A stretch of DNA of 64,000 bases from Eledone cirrhosa (lineage: Eukaryota): the NCBI GenBank assembly GCA_964016885.1, contig OZ024742.1:314960001-315024000 (forward strand). Direction: 5' to 3'. The notes below the pieces were generated by a model. The model made no database searches, had not been told where the DNA came from, and saw only the letters and a list, made by a program, of their open reading frames with translations. Numbering within the stretch: the stretch's first letter is position 1; each line of letters opens with the position of its first letter. This document shows positions 1 through 22,739 of the stretch, piece after piece. A program made the position numbers and the translations under genes.

Positions 1-2410
1 TGTGGACCTCGGTCCATATCTCGACGACCTGCCGCGTCTTTCGGACGAGGAGGCGAAGTCCTGCGAGAGGCCGATCTCAGCTGCTGAAATAGGGGACGTG
101 CTGAGCCAATGCGGCAGACGTAAATCTCCGGGCCTCGATGGTCTTCCATACGAACTGTATTTAAGTATGCCGGACTTGGTCTTAGATCTCCTCGAAGCTG
201 TCTACTGCAACTGGCAACAGAACGGTAAAATTCCCTGACCTGTGACCAAGGACGTAGTCTCGCTAGTGAGGAAGGACGAGAACAAGGGGATGAAATAAGT
301 AATTTTAGGCCCATAACTCTGCTAAATGCAGAGTTAAAGATTTTGGCCAAGGTATTAGCAAAGAGGTTGGCGCTTGTTGTGGGCAACCTGGTGGGAGATG
401 CGCAGACATGCGCCATCCTGTCCAGGTCCATTCACGACAACCTCCATCTCATGCGATACATCATAGAGAGGGTTGGGAACGAACCGGCTTTGGTGGGGCT
501 CTGATCAACTTGGATCAATCTAAGGCATCGATAGGGTCGACCGTCGTTAACTGGATGCGATGCTAGTGGCGGCAGGTTTCGGACCCGTTTTCAGGGGCTA
601 GATCACTGCCATGCACAGCAGCCGCATCTGCTCTACGGTCAAGGTGAACGGCTACCTCTCGAAATCACGCGGTCCATCCGACAGGGATGCCCTCTCTCCT
701 CCCTTCTGTATGTATTGGCCCTAGAGTGACTGTTGCGTAAGTTGAAGTTGTTACAGGGCATCCATTTGGAACCGGTATTGCGAGAAGCGGTGTCGGCCTA
801 CGCCGATGACGTGACAGTAATGGTGTCAACCGCCTCGGAAATCGGGGTGATCGGCACTTTACTGGAGGAATACGAAACGTTTACAGGGGCTAAGCTGAAC
901 CGGGACAAGTCAGTCGGTATGCAACTCGGCGAGTGGATGGGCAAACCGATGTCCTCCAACGGCGTCGACGGACGTTGGACGGAGGACCCGGTGAAGTTGC
1001 TCGGGGTCTGGTTCAGGCCAGACCTCCAGGTGGAGAAGAACTGGGGTGAGGTATCGAACAGGGTGTTAGCGCTGACGCGGAAGTGGGCTGAGTGCAAACT
1101 ATCCCTGAAAGGTCGGGCGGAGGTGGCGAACGCTTATATAGCGTCCGTCATCTATTACCGCCTGACCGTCGTGCCTTGCCCAAGAGAAACGCTCAACAAA
1201 ATGGAGCGCGCACTCTTCCAATTCCTTTGGAAGAAGCGGGCTCCTTTGGTGAGGCGATCCATCTGCTATCAACACCCTTCGAAAGGAGGGCTGGGGATGC
1301 CGTGGCTGCTGATGCGTAAACACGCATTAAGGCTACGGCACCTCCAGGTACTCCTCACCGGTCAACCGGTGTGGGCCCCGTTTGTGAGGCGAGCCTTTCC
1401 GAGACTCGTCTCGCTCACCGAGCTGCAGTCCTGGGTCAAGCAAAGACCGAGAAAACTGGGCGCCTGGCACACCGAGTGTGCCCAGGCACTCACGGCACTC
1501 TGGCAGGCGGACCCAGCTATCGGTGAAGACACCACCTCGTCATTCTATAGAAGGCTGGTGGTTAGTAGGTGCGACGACGCCCTCGGACAAGCCCTAGGCA
1601 TGGAAGAAGACAAACTGGCCAGCCTATTCGGGATGACATTTGGCCTAGGACCTATGGACAACTTCCAGAGGTCCCTGGCCTGTCAGTGCTACCGAGGGGC
1701 GCTGCCCGTTCGAGAAAAACTCTACAGACACGGGCGCCCGGGTAGGGACCCCTCGAAAAAATCTGTCCCAGATGCGTGCGCGACGAGGAAACCGTTGCGC
1801 ACGCAGTGGTACAGTGCTCGGGCGTGGCCGATCTGTGGGGCTATGTCGAACGACTGCTGTCACGGTTGGGACCAATCCGGTTGACCACTGAGTCCATTGT
1901 AACGATCAAGCCGTCTCCCCCTTCAAAAATGAAGGAGAGGCGGTCTTCCTCTGTGTAATAGCCATGGTGAAAGGGGTGGTTTGGTGGACACGTTTGAAAG
2001 GGCTGAGGTCGGACACCTTTCTCTCCGGCCAACAACTGGTCCTTTTCTTTAAATACCATTTTAAGAGAAGGGTCAGAATGGAGAGAGAGATGCTCTACCC
2101 CAGGAAGTTTTATGAAAGGTGGGTGAAAGTAGCGAGAATGGCCCGTGTGAATGGGCCTTCTCTCTTTATCAGCCTGTAGGTGGAAAGGTGGAAGTTCAAA
2201 GGAGCACCCCCTCTCTGTGCTCCTAAGGAAAAGGGTTACACACTTTTTCGGGGGGGGGGGGGTTGTAACCCCCAAAACGCCTCCTCCCTATTGAGGACTG
2301 TATTGTTAATTTTATATTTGTTATTTGTTTTTTACTCGTTCTTTTATGTAACCACCCCCCCTTGTATTTGTCCCCTTTTTTGTGCCCTCGTGGCATATAA
2401 ATAGAAACTT
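1..2410 (+). mobile_element. Tx1/L1-clade non-LTR retrotransposon, decayed ORF2 (RT + C-terminal zinc finger) and 3' UTR; 5' part lies outside the window
   Basis: KSPGLDGLPYELY, degenerate RQGCPLS, AYADD RT motifs and EETVAHAVVQC zf-RVT-like end, broken by stops/frameshifts; followed by (TCTA)n; homologous to 57543-59289. Confidence 0.92.
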
Positions 2411-2522
2411 ATATATCTATCTATCTATCTATTATCTGTCTATCTCTAGAGAGAGAGGGAGAGATTATTTACGTTTATACACAGAACAAAAGCGCTAACT
2501 AAGGTTTCAAGGCCCAATATTG

Positions 2523-2670
2523 ACGGCGAAATGGCAGTCGTTAGAACGTCGGATAGAATGATTTGTAGTATTTATTCCGGTTCTCTGCTCTCTCAGTTCA
2601 AATCCCGCCGGGGTGAACTTTGCCTTTCATCCTTTCGGGTTCGATAAAAAAAAGTACCAGTCTAGTACTA
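2523..2670 (+). mobile_element. tRNA-derived SINE, family S1
   Basis: B-box-like gttcaaatccc plus conserved body tttgcctttcatcctttcggg..cgataaaa..agtaccag, repeated many times in the window. Confidence 0.8.
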
Positions 2671-2814
2671 ACGTAAATTCTTCTTTCTCATTTCCTCTCT
2701 CTCACTTTCTATCTCTCTCCTTAAGAAATCTGCTGCTACGTCACGATTCTTAGCCATTTTTGAATGGATTCTTGGCGCGATCACTTTGGAAAATTTATTG
2801 TCTAGATTAGAGCA

Positions 2815-2891
2815 AACTCCTGAAGAGTCCGATGCTCGAGTTTCCGAAGATATTGGAAATCTCAAAATGCGGACGAAACCATGGTAGAGGT
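2815..2891 (+). ncRNA. Type I hammerhead ribozyme motif (in unclassified repeat ~2670-3230)
   Basis: ctc-CTGAAGA-gtccg...cggac-GAAAC-catg-GTA-gag; palindromic stem III ACCATGGT; extended stem II. Confidence 0.75.
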
Positions 2892-3301
2892 AAATAAATG
2901 AATTCTCTTTTCTCCTAGTTTATTTTACACCTAATTCTGTTTAATTTACAGTATATCTGGGCGATTACGGTGTCGAAATATTCGATAAATATTCCGTCGC
3001 AGCCGACGTGAAGGGCTAGTTTCGGTTATTTGTCGTAGATTTCTTCATAGAAGCCTTATTCTTATAGCCTGGTCTATTCGATTTTTTATATAGTTAATTA
3101 TGCTAATTGGGAGAGGAAATGGTATATATTTTATCTTGTGATTCTATAGACATGTTTTATGATATATAGCTCTGATTATTTAATTTATTAACTTTTCATT
3201 GAGTCACAAAGTGATCCTTTGCAAAACACATCTGTATATATGTATATATATATATATATGTAACCTTTATAAATATATATATATGTGTATATATATATAT
3301 G

Positions 3302-3364
<63 letters not shown>

Positions 3365-3461
3365 ATATGTATATATATATATGTATATATGTATATATAT
3401 ATATATGTATATATATAGATGTATATATGTATATATATATATATGTATATATATAGATGTA

Positions 3462-3511
<50 letters not shown>

Positions 3512-3519
3512 TGTGTATG

Positions 3520-3566
<47 letters not shown>

Positions 3567-3581
3567 GTATATATATATATA

Positions 3582-4247
3582 TACCTTCCTGCCAGATTGT
3601 TGAACGTCTATACTTACCTTATGCATATTAAAGGCTGAGTAGACCAATTTGCATATCGAGTGGGTTAATCAATACGTACATGTATATATATGTGTGCATG
3701 TATGTATATATATATACATACTACTGTACGTCTGTATACATACATGTATGTACGTGTACATACTTATATTTAAATAACAGCCGTACTAAGAGTGGGAAAT
3801 GAAATTTCGTTTCATTTTTTCCGTTTATCGTTTTCGGTGCACCCGGCCGATTAACCCACTCGATATGCAAATTTGGCTACTCAGCCGTTGATATGCAGAA
3901 GGTAAGTATATACGTTCAACAATTTGGCAGGAAGGTATACGTTGCTGACGATAGCTAATAAGCTTGAAACTAGTACAGCATTCCTTTGTCAGTGTTGAAC
4001 AAACGAGCAACGATGGTTGCTAGATACTACGGCTTAATACGGGATGTTTGTTTACAAACACACCGAGCATTATAATAAATGTTCGGTGAATCGATACGTA
4101 CGTATATATATATGTGTGCATGTATGTATATATATATACATACTACTGTACGTCTGTAAACATATATGTATGTATGTGTACATACTTATATTTAAGTAAC
4201 AGCCGTACTAAGAATGGGAAATGAATTTCGTTTCGTTTTTTCAGTTT
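3582..4247 (+). mobile_element. HHR-bearing non-coding repeat family A: ~1.3 units of ~420 nt, preceded by an inverted segment
   Basis: ccgtactaag at 3781 and 4203 (offset 422); 3582-3670 is the reverse complement of ~3848-3938; HHR gttg-CTGACGA-tagct aata agctt-GAAAC-ta-GTA-cagc at 3939-3981; flanked by (TA)n. Confidence 0.8.
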
Positions 4248-4282
4248 ATATATATATGTATATATATATATGTGTATATATA

Positions 4283-4317
<35 letters not shown>

Positions 4318-4458
4318 GTATATATATATATGTATAAATGTATTTGTATATATATATATGTATATATATATTTGTATATATATATATGTATATATATATA
4401 TGTATATATATATATGTATATATATATATGTATATATATATATATGTATATATATATG

Positions 4459-4491
<33 letters not shown>

Positions 4492-4539
4492 GTATATATA
4501 TATATGTCTATATGTATATATATATGTATATATATGTAT

Positions 4540-4572
<33 letters not shown>

Positions 4573-4576
4573 GTTA

Positions 4577-4694
<118 letters not shown>

Positions 4695-4746
4695 TATGTA
4701 TGTACATATATATATATATATGTATGTATGTATATATATATATATG

Positions 4747-4824
<78 letters not shown>

Positions 4825-4843
4825 TAAATGTATATATATATAT

Positions 4844-5216
4844 CCAGATGGTGGATGGGTGCTACACGAGAATGCTGAGGATGGCTCTGAACATTAATCA
4901 GTATACACTGAGGATGAAAAACTCAGAGCTGTATGGGAGCATCCCAAAAGTCAGCTCAAAAGTGACACAGAGGAGACTGAGGTTGGCTGGACATGCTCAC
5001 CGACATCCAGAGTTTACATTGCACTCAGTGCTCCTTTGGGAGCCCCTACATGGACACACTAGAAGAGGAAGACCAAGGTTAACATATGTTGATGCCCTAA
5101 GGACAGACACTGGTCTGTTGGAGATGCAGGATATGGCAGCGATAATGAGGGACAGAGACCGCTGGAGAGAACTCGTCCATGGATCTCGGGAATTTTACCA
5201 GCCTTAGATAGATAGA
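4844..5216 (+). mobile_element. RTE-clade LINE, 5'-truncated 3' fragment
   Basis: ORF end ...[14 protein letters not shown]...[11 protein letters not shown]...DRDRWR typical of RTE C-terminus; (TAGA)n tail; second copy at 21942-22585. Confidence 0.85.
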
Positions 5217-8427
<3,211 letters not shown>

Positions 8428-8903
8428 ACTTATTCTCTCTCACACATACACACACAAAACCAGTTCTAACACCAGATAACACCTATCCCCCACATTTACG
8501 AATAGACTTATCTTCTCACACTCACACACACACACTCACATACTTACACCTTCATGCATTCTCCCACACACTTAAACAGGCATGTATATATTTAAAAAAA
8601 AAAAAAAACCCGAAACAAACCCCTTTTAAAGGGAGACTCTTTACCCATCTAATTTTAACTCTTTGACATTAGAGATAGAACAGATACTCTATACTATTTC
8701 CTGTCAGCATGGCTTGGCAAGATATTTAGAAGGCTGGTTTGAGACCTTTATTTCCCTCTGAAGAAGAGATATTATCTCGAAAATTAAGGACATTTAAATA
8801 AATCTAAGGTGAAAGACAATTTGTCAACAATATTTTTGCAATTGCATTCTTTTTTGTTATGTCCATACCTGCATTGTTTTGGCTTTATTATACATATTCA
8901 AAC

Positions 8904-8973
<70 letters not shown>

Positions 8974-8974
8974 G

Positions 8975-9019
<45 letters not shown>

Positions 9020-9020
9020 G

Positions 9021-9057
<37 letters not shown>

Positions 9058-9259
9058 GTATATATATATATGTATATGTATATATATATATGTACATGTA
9101 TATATATATATATATATAAATATATATATATGTATATGTATGTATATATATATATATGTATATGTATATATATATATATTCTCATGATGATGTTTGTTTT
9201 TGAAATGCGCATAATAAAATACATGGAACTCCTTTAACCATCTTTTGATCTTATATTAC

Positions 9260-9442
<183 letters not shown>

Positions 9443-9572
9443 TATACACATATATATACATATATTTACATATATATATATATATATTTATATAGATATA
9501 TATATATATTTATATACATATATATTTATATACATATATATATATATATTTATATACATATAAATGTATATA

Positions 9573-9610
<38 letters not shown>

Positions 9611-9641
9611 CTTATATATATATATACATATATATATATAC

Positions 9642-9760
<119 letters not shown>

Positions 9761-9815
9761 CATATATATATACATATATATATATATACATATATATACA
9801 TATACATATATATAC

Positions 9816-9874
<59 letters not shown>

Positions 9875-9879
<5 letters not shown>

Positions 9880-10303
9880 AGGAGGTGAGTTTTATAGTAG
9901 TACAATAAAGCAATGCAGATATCGGATAGGAAGCACTCTACAGTTTGTAGGACTGGAGTATACATAATATAAGATCAAAAGATGGTTAAAGGAGTTCCAT
10001 GTATTTTATTATGCGCATTTCAAAAACAAACATCATCATGCAATAATATTTGTGTTTTCATCAGATAAAACAGGAGAACATGATATGAAGGCTAAAAAAC
10101 ACTTGTGGATAGTGCAGTTTTAAATCAACATATCAATATAGATATGTTGATTTAAAACTGCACTATCCACAAGTGTTTTTTAGCCTTCATATCATGTTCT
10201 CCTGTTTTATCTGATGAAAACACAAATATTATTGCATGATGATGTTTGTTTTTGAAATGCGCATAATAAAATACATGGAACTCCTTTAACCATCTTTTGA
10301 TCT

Positions 10304-10312
<9 letters not shown>
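9875..10312 (-). mobile_element. HHR-bearing repeat (PLE pLTR-like) with inverted duplication centred at ~10140
   Basis: ~9965-10135 and ~10141-10310 are inverted copies; HHR tgttttat-CTGATGA-aaacacaaa..tttgttttt-GAAA-tgcgca-TA-ataaaata at 10203-10273 (+) and 10002-10072 (-); partial copy at 9183-9260. Confidence 0.8.
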
Positions 10313-10360
<48 letters not shown>

Positions 10361-10362
10361 TA

Positions 10363-13220
10363 GACCAATTGTAGCGGGTCCACAATGTGAAACACACAGT
10401 CTGAGCAACCTTATAGACATACAACTAAAACCAAGCCTTGTAAGATATGATCTGGACCTCTTAAACCACCTCCCCAAACATGTCAACAACGGCTCTTTGC
10501 TCGTGTCTTTCGATGTAGTGAATCTCTACACAACGATCCCACACCAATACGGAATAGAAGCAATAGGATTCTGGCTACAGAAATATCCCAATGAGATACC
10601 TGGCAGAATAGAAAAAAGCGTCATCACCAAGGGATTAAAATTCATCTTACAGAACTACTTTTTTTATTTCGATGGCAGTACATACAAGCAAATATCGGGG
10701 ACTCCGTTGGGTACAAAAGCCGCTCCAACTTATGCCAACCTAGTCATAGCATACTTAGAAGTCCAGATATATGAACAGTCCAAATCAAAATACGGATTGA
10801 ACTTCCACAAATATTTATCAGAGAATTGGAAACGCTTTTTGAGAAATCCTTTTGTCCCACACACTCGACCAACTGAAGGATTTCAAAAACTTAATAAACG
10901 GTATCAATAACTACATCCAATTCACAATGGAATACAGCCAAATCAACTCCCATTTCTGGACATCTTAATCTTAAAAAAAGACACAATATTGAAACTGACA
11001 TACACTACAAACCAACAGATTCCAAACAATACCTGCTATTCACCTCCAACCATCCAAAGCATACGAGGACGAACATTCCTTTTAACCTAGCAAGAAGAAT
11101 TTGCACAATTGTCTCCAATTATGAAACGCGAAATAAAAGACTTCAAGAATTAAAGGAAATTCTACTCGAAAGAGAGTACCCACCATTACTAATAAATAAT
11201 GGAATAGAAAGGGCTAAAGCAATAGGCATTGATGAATGACGAAAACAGAAACAAATTCAAGGTACGTCCAATATTCTATCATATATCTCAACACACAACC
11301 CAAGAAATGCGGAAGCTTACAACACTATTCACAAGAACATCCCACTAATAAAACAAAACCCAGGAATGAAAAAAGCCCTTGAAACACACAGAATAATAAA
11401 AAGCAAAAGACAACCGAAATCACTGAAAACATTACTCACCAATGCCAAATTACCTACCACAAACCCACAACCAACTGTCAAAAAATGTGGTCGCTCTAAT
11501 TGTGGAACCTGCACTCACCTCATTGAAGGCAACACGTATACATTTAAATCAGGACAAAATTTTACTGTAAAAAATCACTTCACTTGCTCATCAAAAAATC
11601 TACTTTATGCCATTAAATGTAAAGGATGCAATGAAGATTATATAGGACAAATTAAACTCACACTCAGAAACAGAATGACAGTTCATCGCCAACAATTACG
11701 AGATCCAACCACGAGGCAGATACCACTAAGCGCACATCTAGACATATGCGCAAGTAATAAGACACCCAAATTCCAAGTCTTCCTATTTTACCTTTGCGCT
11801 AACAATACAACAGAACAAATACGAATAAATGAGCAAAATATGTTTATTCAAAAATATAGACCAGCATTAAATATGGTTTAATATACATTATGTCAACACC
11901 ATAACATGCTAACCATCCAAACAGAAACATACACACACACATAACACCTTCTACTTTAGAAATTAAAAACCCGAACTAAATAAACCTTAACATACGTTTG
12001 CACTGACAATACAACAGAACAAATACGAATAAGGAAAATATGTTCATTCAAAAATATTCCTACTGAAGGAATCATTTTCCTACACACACACACACACACA
12101 CAATATATATATATATATATATTCTCTTCATCTTAACATGCTAACCAAACTCCCACACACATAACACCCATACACACACATAACAACCCCTACCCTCACA
12201 CACACAACTCCCTCCCCCATTTCTACTTATAGAATCATCTTCCAATACACACACACACACACACACACACAAGCGCACAAATAAACATACATATCTTTAC
12301 TTTCTTTATTCAATAGAAAATCTGAATTCTGACACCCCAGCGAACTAACCATATTCACTGAACCAGAACAATTCTCCCATCCAATTTCTCTTGACCATTA
12401 TCTTTTGCTTGTCATAAAATTCTCTAAAAAGGCTAGAGAATAGATTTGCAAATAACGGCGCGAAAATTTAATGAAAACGTGTTCACGTGACAGCCATAAT
12501 TTCATTTTTAACCAATCAAATTACGTTTATTTTAAGTAAAAAGAATTACGTTTATTTTAAGTAAAAAAAAATTCAAACACACACACACAACACACACACA
12601 AGCACACAAATAAACATACATATCTTTACTTTCTTTATTCAATAGAAAATCTGAATTCTGACACCACAGCGAACTAACCATATTCACTGAACCAGAACAA
12701 TTCTCCCATCCAATTTCTCTTGACCATTATCTTTTACTTGTCATAAAATTCTCTAAAAAGGCTACAGAATAGATTTCCAAATAAGGGCTCGAAAATTTAA
12801 TGAAAACTTGTTCACGTGACAGCCATAATTTCATTTATAACCAATCAAATTACGTTTATTAAAAAAAAACCTTCGTGAGCCCCCCTTTTATCTAAGTAAA
12901 AAGAAATTCAAATATGAAAAAACAACCTGTGACCCCCCCCCCCTTGTTTGAAGAACTTTGTAACGCGAACTGACGCGAAATTTATTATAATTATTGACCA
13001 ACCAATCAAATTACTTCTAGGAAAAACCTGGCATTTCGAGCCACTTTTTCCATATAAAACAAGTTATATTCAGAGACCAACCAGATGTGAGAAAAACCAC
13101 AGACCCTCCATCTCAACTCAAGTTTTGAAAAGCAGAAGAACTGCGAAACCGGTAAAGGAACCAAATAAAAATATATATATTTTTTTAAATTACACTCCAG
13201 TTGCATTTTCGATTTCATCT

Positions 13221-13230
<10 letters not shown>
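10363..13230 (+). mobile_element. Penelope-like element (Neptune-like Cys-rich linker), 5'-truncated and decayed; RT + GIY-YIG + long 3' region
   Basis: LVSFDVVNLYTTIP and QISGTPLGTKAAPTYANL RT motifs; KCGRSNCGTC linker; NLLYAIKCKGC..YIGQ GIY-YIG; ~330-bp internal duplication at ~12250-12870; HHR-like motif at 13123-13156. Confidence 0.92.
13123..13156 (+). ncRNA. Minimal HHR motif with U3-A8 core variant
   Basis: tt-TTGAAAA-gcag aagaa ctgc-GAAA-ccgg-TA-aa; stem I only 2 bp. Confidence 0.5.
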
Positions 13231-13304
<74 letters not shown>

Positions 13305-13306
<2 letters not shown>

Positions 13307-13439
13307 GCGCAACCGGTAAAAACTTAAAAACTTAAAACCACAACTGAATACTAACCCATACAATCACTAATACTCTTTTATTCCTAATTAAACCATTTTT
13401 CAAATGTGAACAATTTGTCAGCATTTTCTATTCCGTTTA

Positions 13440-13445
<6 letters not shown>
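13305..13445 (+). mobile_element. PLE 3'-end fragment (family D)
   Basis: near-identical to the reverse complement of 24181-24322; flanked by (TA)n. Confidence 0.75.
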
Positions 13446-13507
<62 letters not shown>

Positions 13508-13512
<5 letters not shown>

Positions 13513-14086
13513 CGAGCAATATTGGCCACGACAGCTGCTATGGTAGTAGGCAGGCCGCTGTCTTATAAGCAAACCACTTTCCACTGATTGACCTCGATGT
13601 CACGTGATTGATTCTTTTTGAATTTGCCACAGACGCAGAGGCAGTGATTTTCTCAATGGCTGGGGATTCAGTCCACGCTTTGCTATTTCCTATCCACTGA
13701 ATTATTTTTTTAATAAGTTTCCAGAGTCCTCGCTTTGCCTGGAAACTTACCTGAGAATAGACTTCCCTGACGACGGAATGTTTTTCTATATCTTCTTCGG
13801 AAAATATATTTACTCCATTCCAGAAACTAATTAGTTGGAAGTGATATTTTAGTAAGTAAGTTAATTTTATAATTTTCTTATTTTACGTCTCTCGTATTTT
13901 TGTTCTGCAACCCCATGCATTGAACCACAATGTTACTAAGAGAAAACCTATATATTTGCTAGCATTGATATGCATCTGTATGTATATATATGTTACTAGA
14001 TTTTAATTCTTTATAATTATCTCCAAATTATTTGTCGAGCAATATTGGCCACGACTGCTGCTATGGTAGTAGGCAGGCCGCTGTCT
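13508..14086 (+). mobile_element. Terminally redundant 523-nt non-coding element carrying an HHR
   Basis: 56-bp direct repeat at 13508-13563 and 14031-14086; HHR acttcc-CTGACGA-cggaatg..cattcca-GAAA-ctaattag-TT-ggaagt at 13761-13842. Confidence 0.8.
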
Positions 14087-14143
14087 ATATGTATATATAT
14101 GTTACTAGATATTAATTCTTTATATATATATATATCTTTATAC

Positions 14144-14197
<54 letters not shown>

Positions 14198-14205
14198 ATA
14201 TATAC

Positions 14206-14262
<57 letters not shown>

Positions 14263-14333
14263 TATACATATACATATATATATATATACAGATATATATA
14301 TATATACATATACATATATATATATACATATAC

Positions 14334-14367
<34 letters not shown>

Positions 14368-14467
14368 ATATACATATACATATATATATATATATACATA
14401 TATACATATACATATATATATATACATATACATATTCATATATATATATATATACATATACATATCC

Positions 14468-14570
<103 letters not shown>

Positions 14571-14611
14571 CATATACATATATATATATATATATACATA
14601 TATATACATAC

Positions 14612-14666
<55 letters not shown>

Positions 14667-14693
14667 CATATATATATTTATATATATACATAC

Positions 14694-14730
<37 letters not shown>

Positions 14731-14735
14731 CATAC

Positions 14736-14842
<107 letters not shown>

Positions 14843-14844
14843 CG

Positions 14845-15360
14845 ATAAATTAACGGAGCCATAGGCCCTCGCCATTCCCTGTAAATAATGTGCTCAAAGG
14901 AGAAGTTTTCGCTCCTTATAACCGTCTTTGCTATCACTCTGTTTGGTTGAGCACACTTCTCTGAGTGGTTTTGGGCTTCCCTTTCTAGCAGCTCGTCCCT
15001 CAGAGGCCACTGGTTCACTGCCCTTAAACACGATGTGACTTCTCTCTCCCACGTGTAGCTGGACAGTCACTTTTAAAATTCTCTTAGTGTTGTTTGAAAT
15101 GTATAACCTAACACACGCTGATGAACCTGGGTTATTCCATTCCTGTCAACAAATTACTGGCGAATCATCTCTTTAGATTTGTACGTGTGTTATATGGTTA
15201 TAGAGGTATTTATTTACGCTTTAATTTATATTTTTACTTATCAATGTCTATAGTCTGCCCTTCATAGGTTATAGATTCCATACACTGGTGGTTTTTTTCC
15301 CTGTTTTATTGATAGCGCACTGTATATCACTCTCTGGTGTGTTAGCTTTTCAACATATTG
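14845..15360 (+). mobile_element. Unclassified (TA)n-embedded repeat with a degenerate HHR
   Basis: acacacg-CTGATGA-...-GAAT...gatttg-TA-cgtgtgt at 15111-15190; stem I extends to tataacc/ggttata; GAAA box mutated. Confidence 0.55.
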
Positions 15361-15369
15361 TATATACAT

Positions 15370-15428
<59 letters not shown>

Positions 15429-15447
15429 TATATACATATATATATAC

Positions 15448-15478
<31 letters not shown>

Positions 15479-15499
15479 CATACATATATATATACATAC

Positions 15500-15550
<51 letters not shown>

Positions 15551-15571
15551 TATATACTTATATACATATAC

Positions 15572-15634
<63 letters not shown>

Positions 15635-15639
15635 TATAC

Positions 15640-15672
<33 letters not shown>

Positions 15673-15709
15673 CATATATATATACATATATATATATACA
15701 TATATATAC

Positions 15710-15740
<31 letters not shown>

Positions 15741-15751
15741 CATATATATAC

Positions 15752-15799
<48 letters not shown>

Positions 15800-15814
15800 A
15801 TACATATTCATATA

Positions 15815-15869
<55 letters not shown>

Positions 15870-16011
15870 ATATATACATATACATATATATATATATATA
15901 CATATATATATACATATATATACATATATACATATACATATATATATCTATACATATATATATATACATATATATATATACATATATATATCTATACATA
16001 TATATATATAC

Positions 16012-16042
<31 letters not shown>

Positions 16043-16181
16043 CATATATATATTCTATACTATATATATATACATATATATATATACATATATATATACA
16101 TATATATATATATACATATATATATATACATATATATATTATATATACATATATATATATATACATATATATACATACATA

Positions 16182-16405
16182 TGACACAGGTACGTTCCTG
16201 TGTCAGTGTTGGACAAAAAGGTGACTTGGTTGGCTAAACACTGTACGGCGGAATTCGGGCTGTTTGTTTTGTTTACAAACAAACCGAGCATTAAAATAAA
16301 TGTTCGGTAATGCGATACGTGCATATATATATGAGTGCATGTATGTATATATATACATACTACTGTACGTCTGTATACATATATGTATGTGCGTATACAT
16401 ACATA
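16182..16405 (+). mobile_element. Family A truncated copy starting with a small hairpin
   Basis: gacacagg-tacgtt-cctgtgtc followed by family A sequence. Confidence 0.75.
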
Positions 16406-16429
16406 CATATATATATATATATTATATAT

Positions 16430-16475
<46 letters not shown>

Positions 16476-16544
16476 ATATATTATATATATATATATAACT
16501 TTGAACTTTGAATATACTTTGATATATATATAAATAGTTGAATT

Positions 16545-21442
<4,898 letters not shown>

Positions 21443-21456
21443 ACATATATATATAT

Positions 21457-21925
21457 AGTAATAATAATAAATTTGAAGACTAAAATCCAAAGAGGGCTCG
21501 ATAAGGATAAATATATATCAAATATTTAAGAACCGTAGAGCAAATATTTATTAAAATACCAGATTAAAGTTTAAGCAAAGAATCGCTGCTTTCACCCTTA
21601 ACGGGATCTTCTGAAACTAACAAAGTCAATCTGTAAACGCAGAGGTAGATATTTCAAAAAACGTTGCAACCGGAGGAAGAAATAAAGACGATACTTTGGT
21701 TCGTGGAAACGTTCCCTGGCAAAGAACGGGAAAAAACGAATATAATACGTCATTAATAGGAGCGGTGAAAAACAATTACGCGCAAAGACAGAACCACGTT
21801 TATAGTATAAAAGAAGTCGTAGACTAATGTTCTCTTAGTTGGTTTATAGAGACGTTCTCTGGCAATGAACGGAAAAAACGAAGATATTACGTCATATGTG
21901 GAGCGTGGAGAAGAGTTGCACGCAT
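21457..21925 (-). mobile_element. HHR-like repeat family B (other copies at 29948-30450, 33120-33452, 54770-54997)
   Basis: Four homologous copies bounded by (TA)n; HHR fold with CAGAAGA core at 21568-21618 (-). Confidence 0.8.
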
Positions 21926-21941
21926 ATATATACATATATAT

Positions 21942-22585
21942 ATCTATCTAAGGCGGGTAAAATTCCCGAGATCCATGGACGAGTTCTCTCCAGCGGTCTC
22001 TGTCCCTCATTATTGCTGCCATGTCCTGCGTCTCCAACAGACCTGTGTCTGTCCTTAGGGCATCAACATACGTTAACCTTGGTCTTCCTCTTCTAGTGTG
22101 TCCATGTAGGGGCTCTCAAAGGAGCACTGAGTGCAGTGTCAACTCCGGATGTCGGTGAGCATGTCCAGCTAACCTCAGTCTCCTCTGTGTCACTATTGAG
22201 CTGACTTTTGGGATGCTCCCATACAGCTCTGAGTTTTTCATCCTCAGTGTATACTGATTAATGTTCAGAGCCATCCTCAACATTCTCGTGTAGCACCCAT
22301 CCACCATCTGGTAGAGAATGATGAGAAGCCAGAGGGGATCACTAATGTAGGCGGAAAGCCGCTAGAATTGGTAGAGGGCATCCTGTATTTGGGAGCAAAG
22401 ATTGGGAATACGGAAGATGATGTGGTTGAGAGGAAGAGCAAGGCCTGGGCGGCGTGCCACAGCTTGAGATCGGTGTGGAATTGGACCTTCGTAGAGACCT
22501 GAAAGTCCGCCTCTTCATTGCTGTAGTGGAGTTTGTGCTGCTGTATGGGTCTGAGACTTGGACACTGACCAAGAAACTCACTCAG
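21942..22585 (-). mobile_element. RTE-clade LINE fragment with 5' inversion
   Basis: 22310->21942 (-) encodes QMVDGCYTR...; 22311-22585 (+) encodes the immediately upstream ...YLGAKI...[16 protein letters not shown]. Confidence 0.85.
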
Positions 22586-22589
22586 ATAT

Positions 22590-22736
<147 letters not shown>

Positions 22737-22739
22737 TAT

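Noticed and set aside
8755-8799. cct-CTGAAGA-agagat att atctc-GAAA-attaagg ultra-minimal HHR
   Set aside because: Single copy, 3-bp stem I and essentially no stem III; too weak to call without homologues
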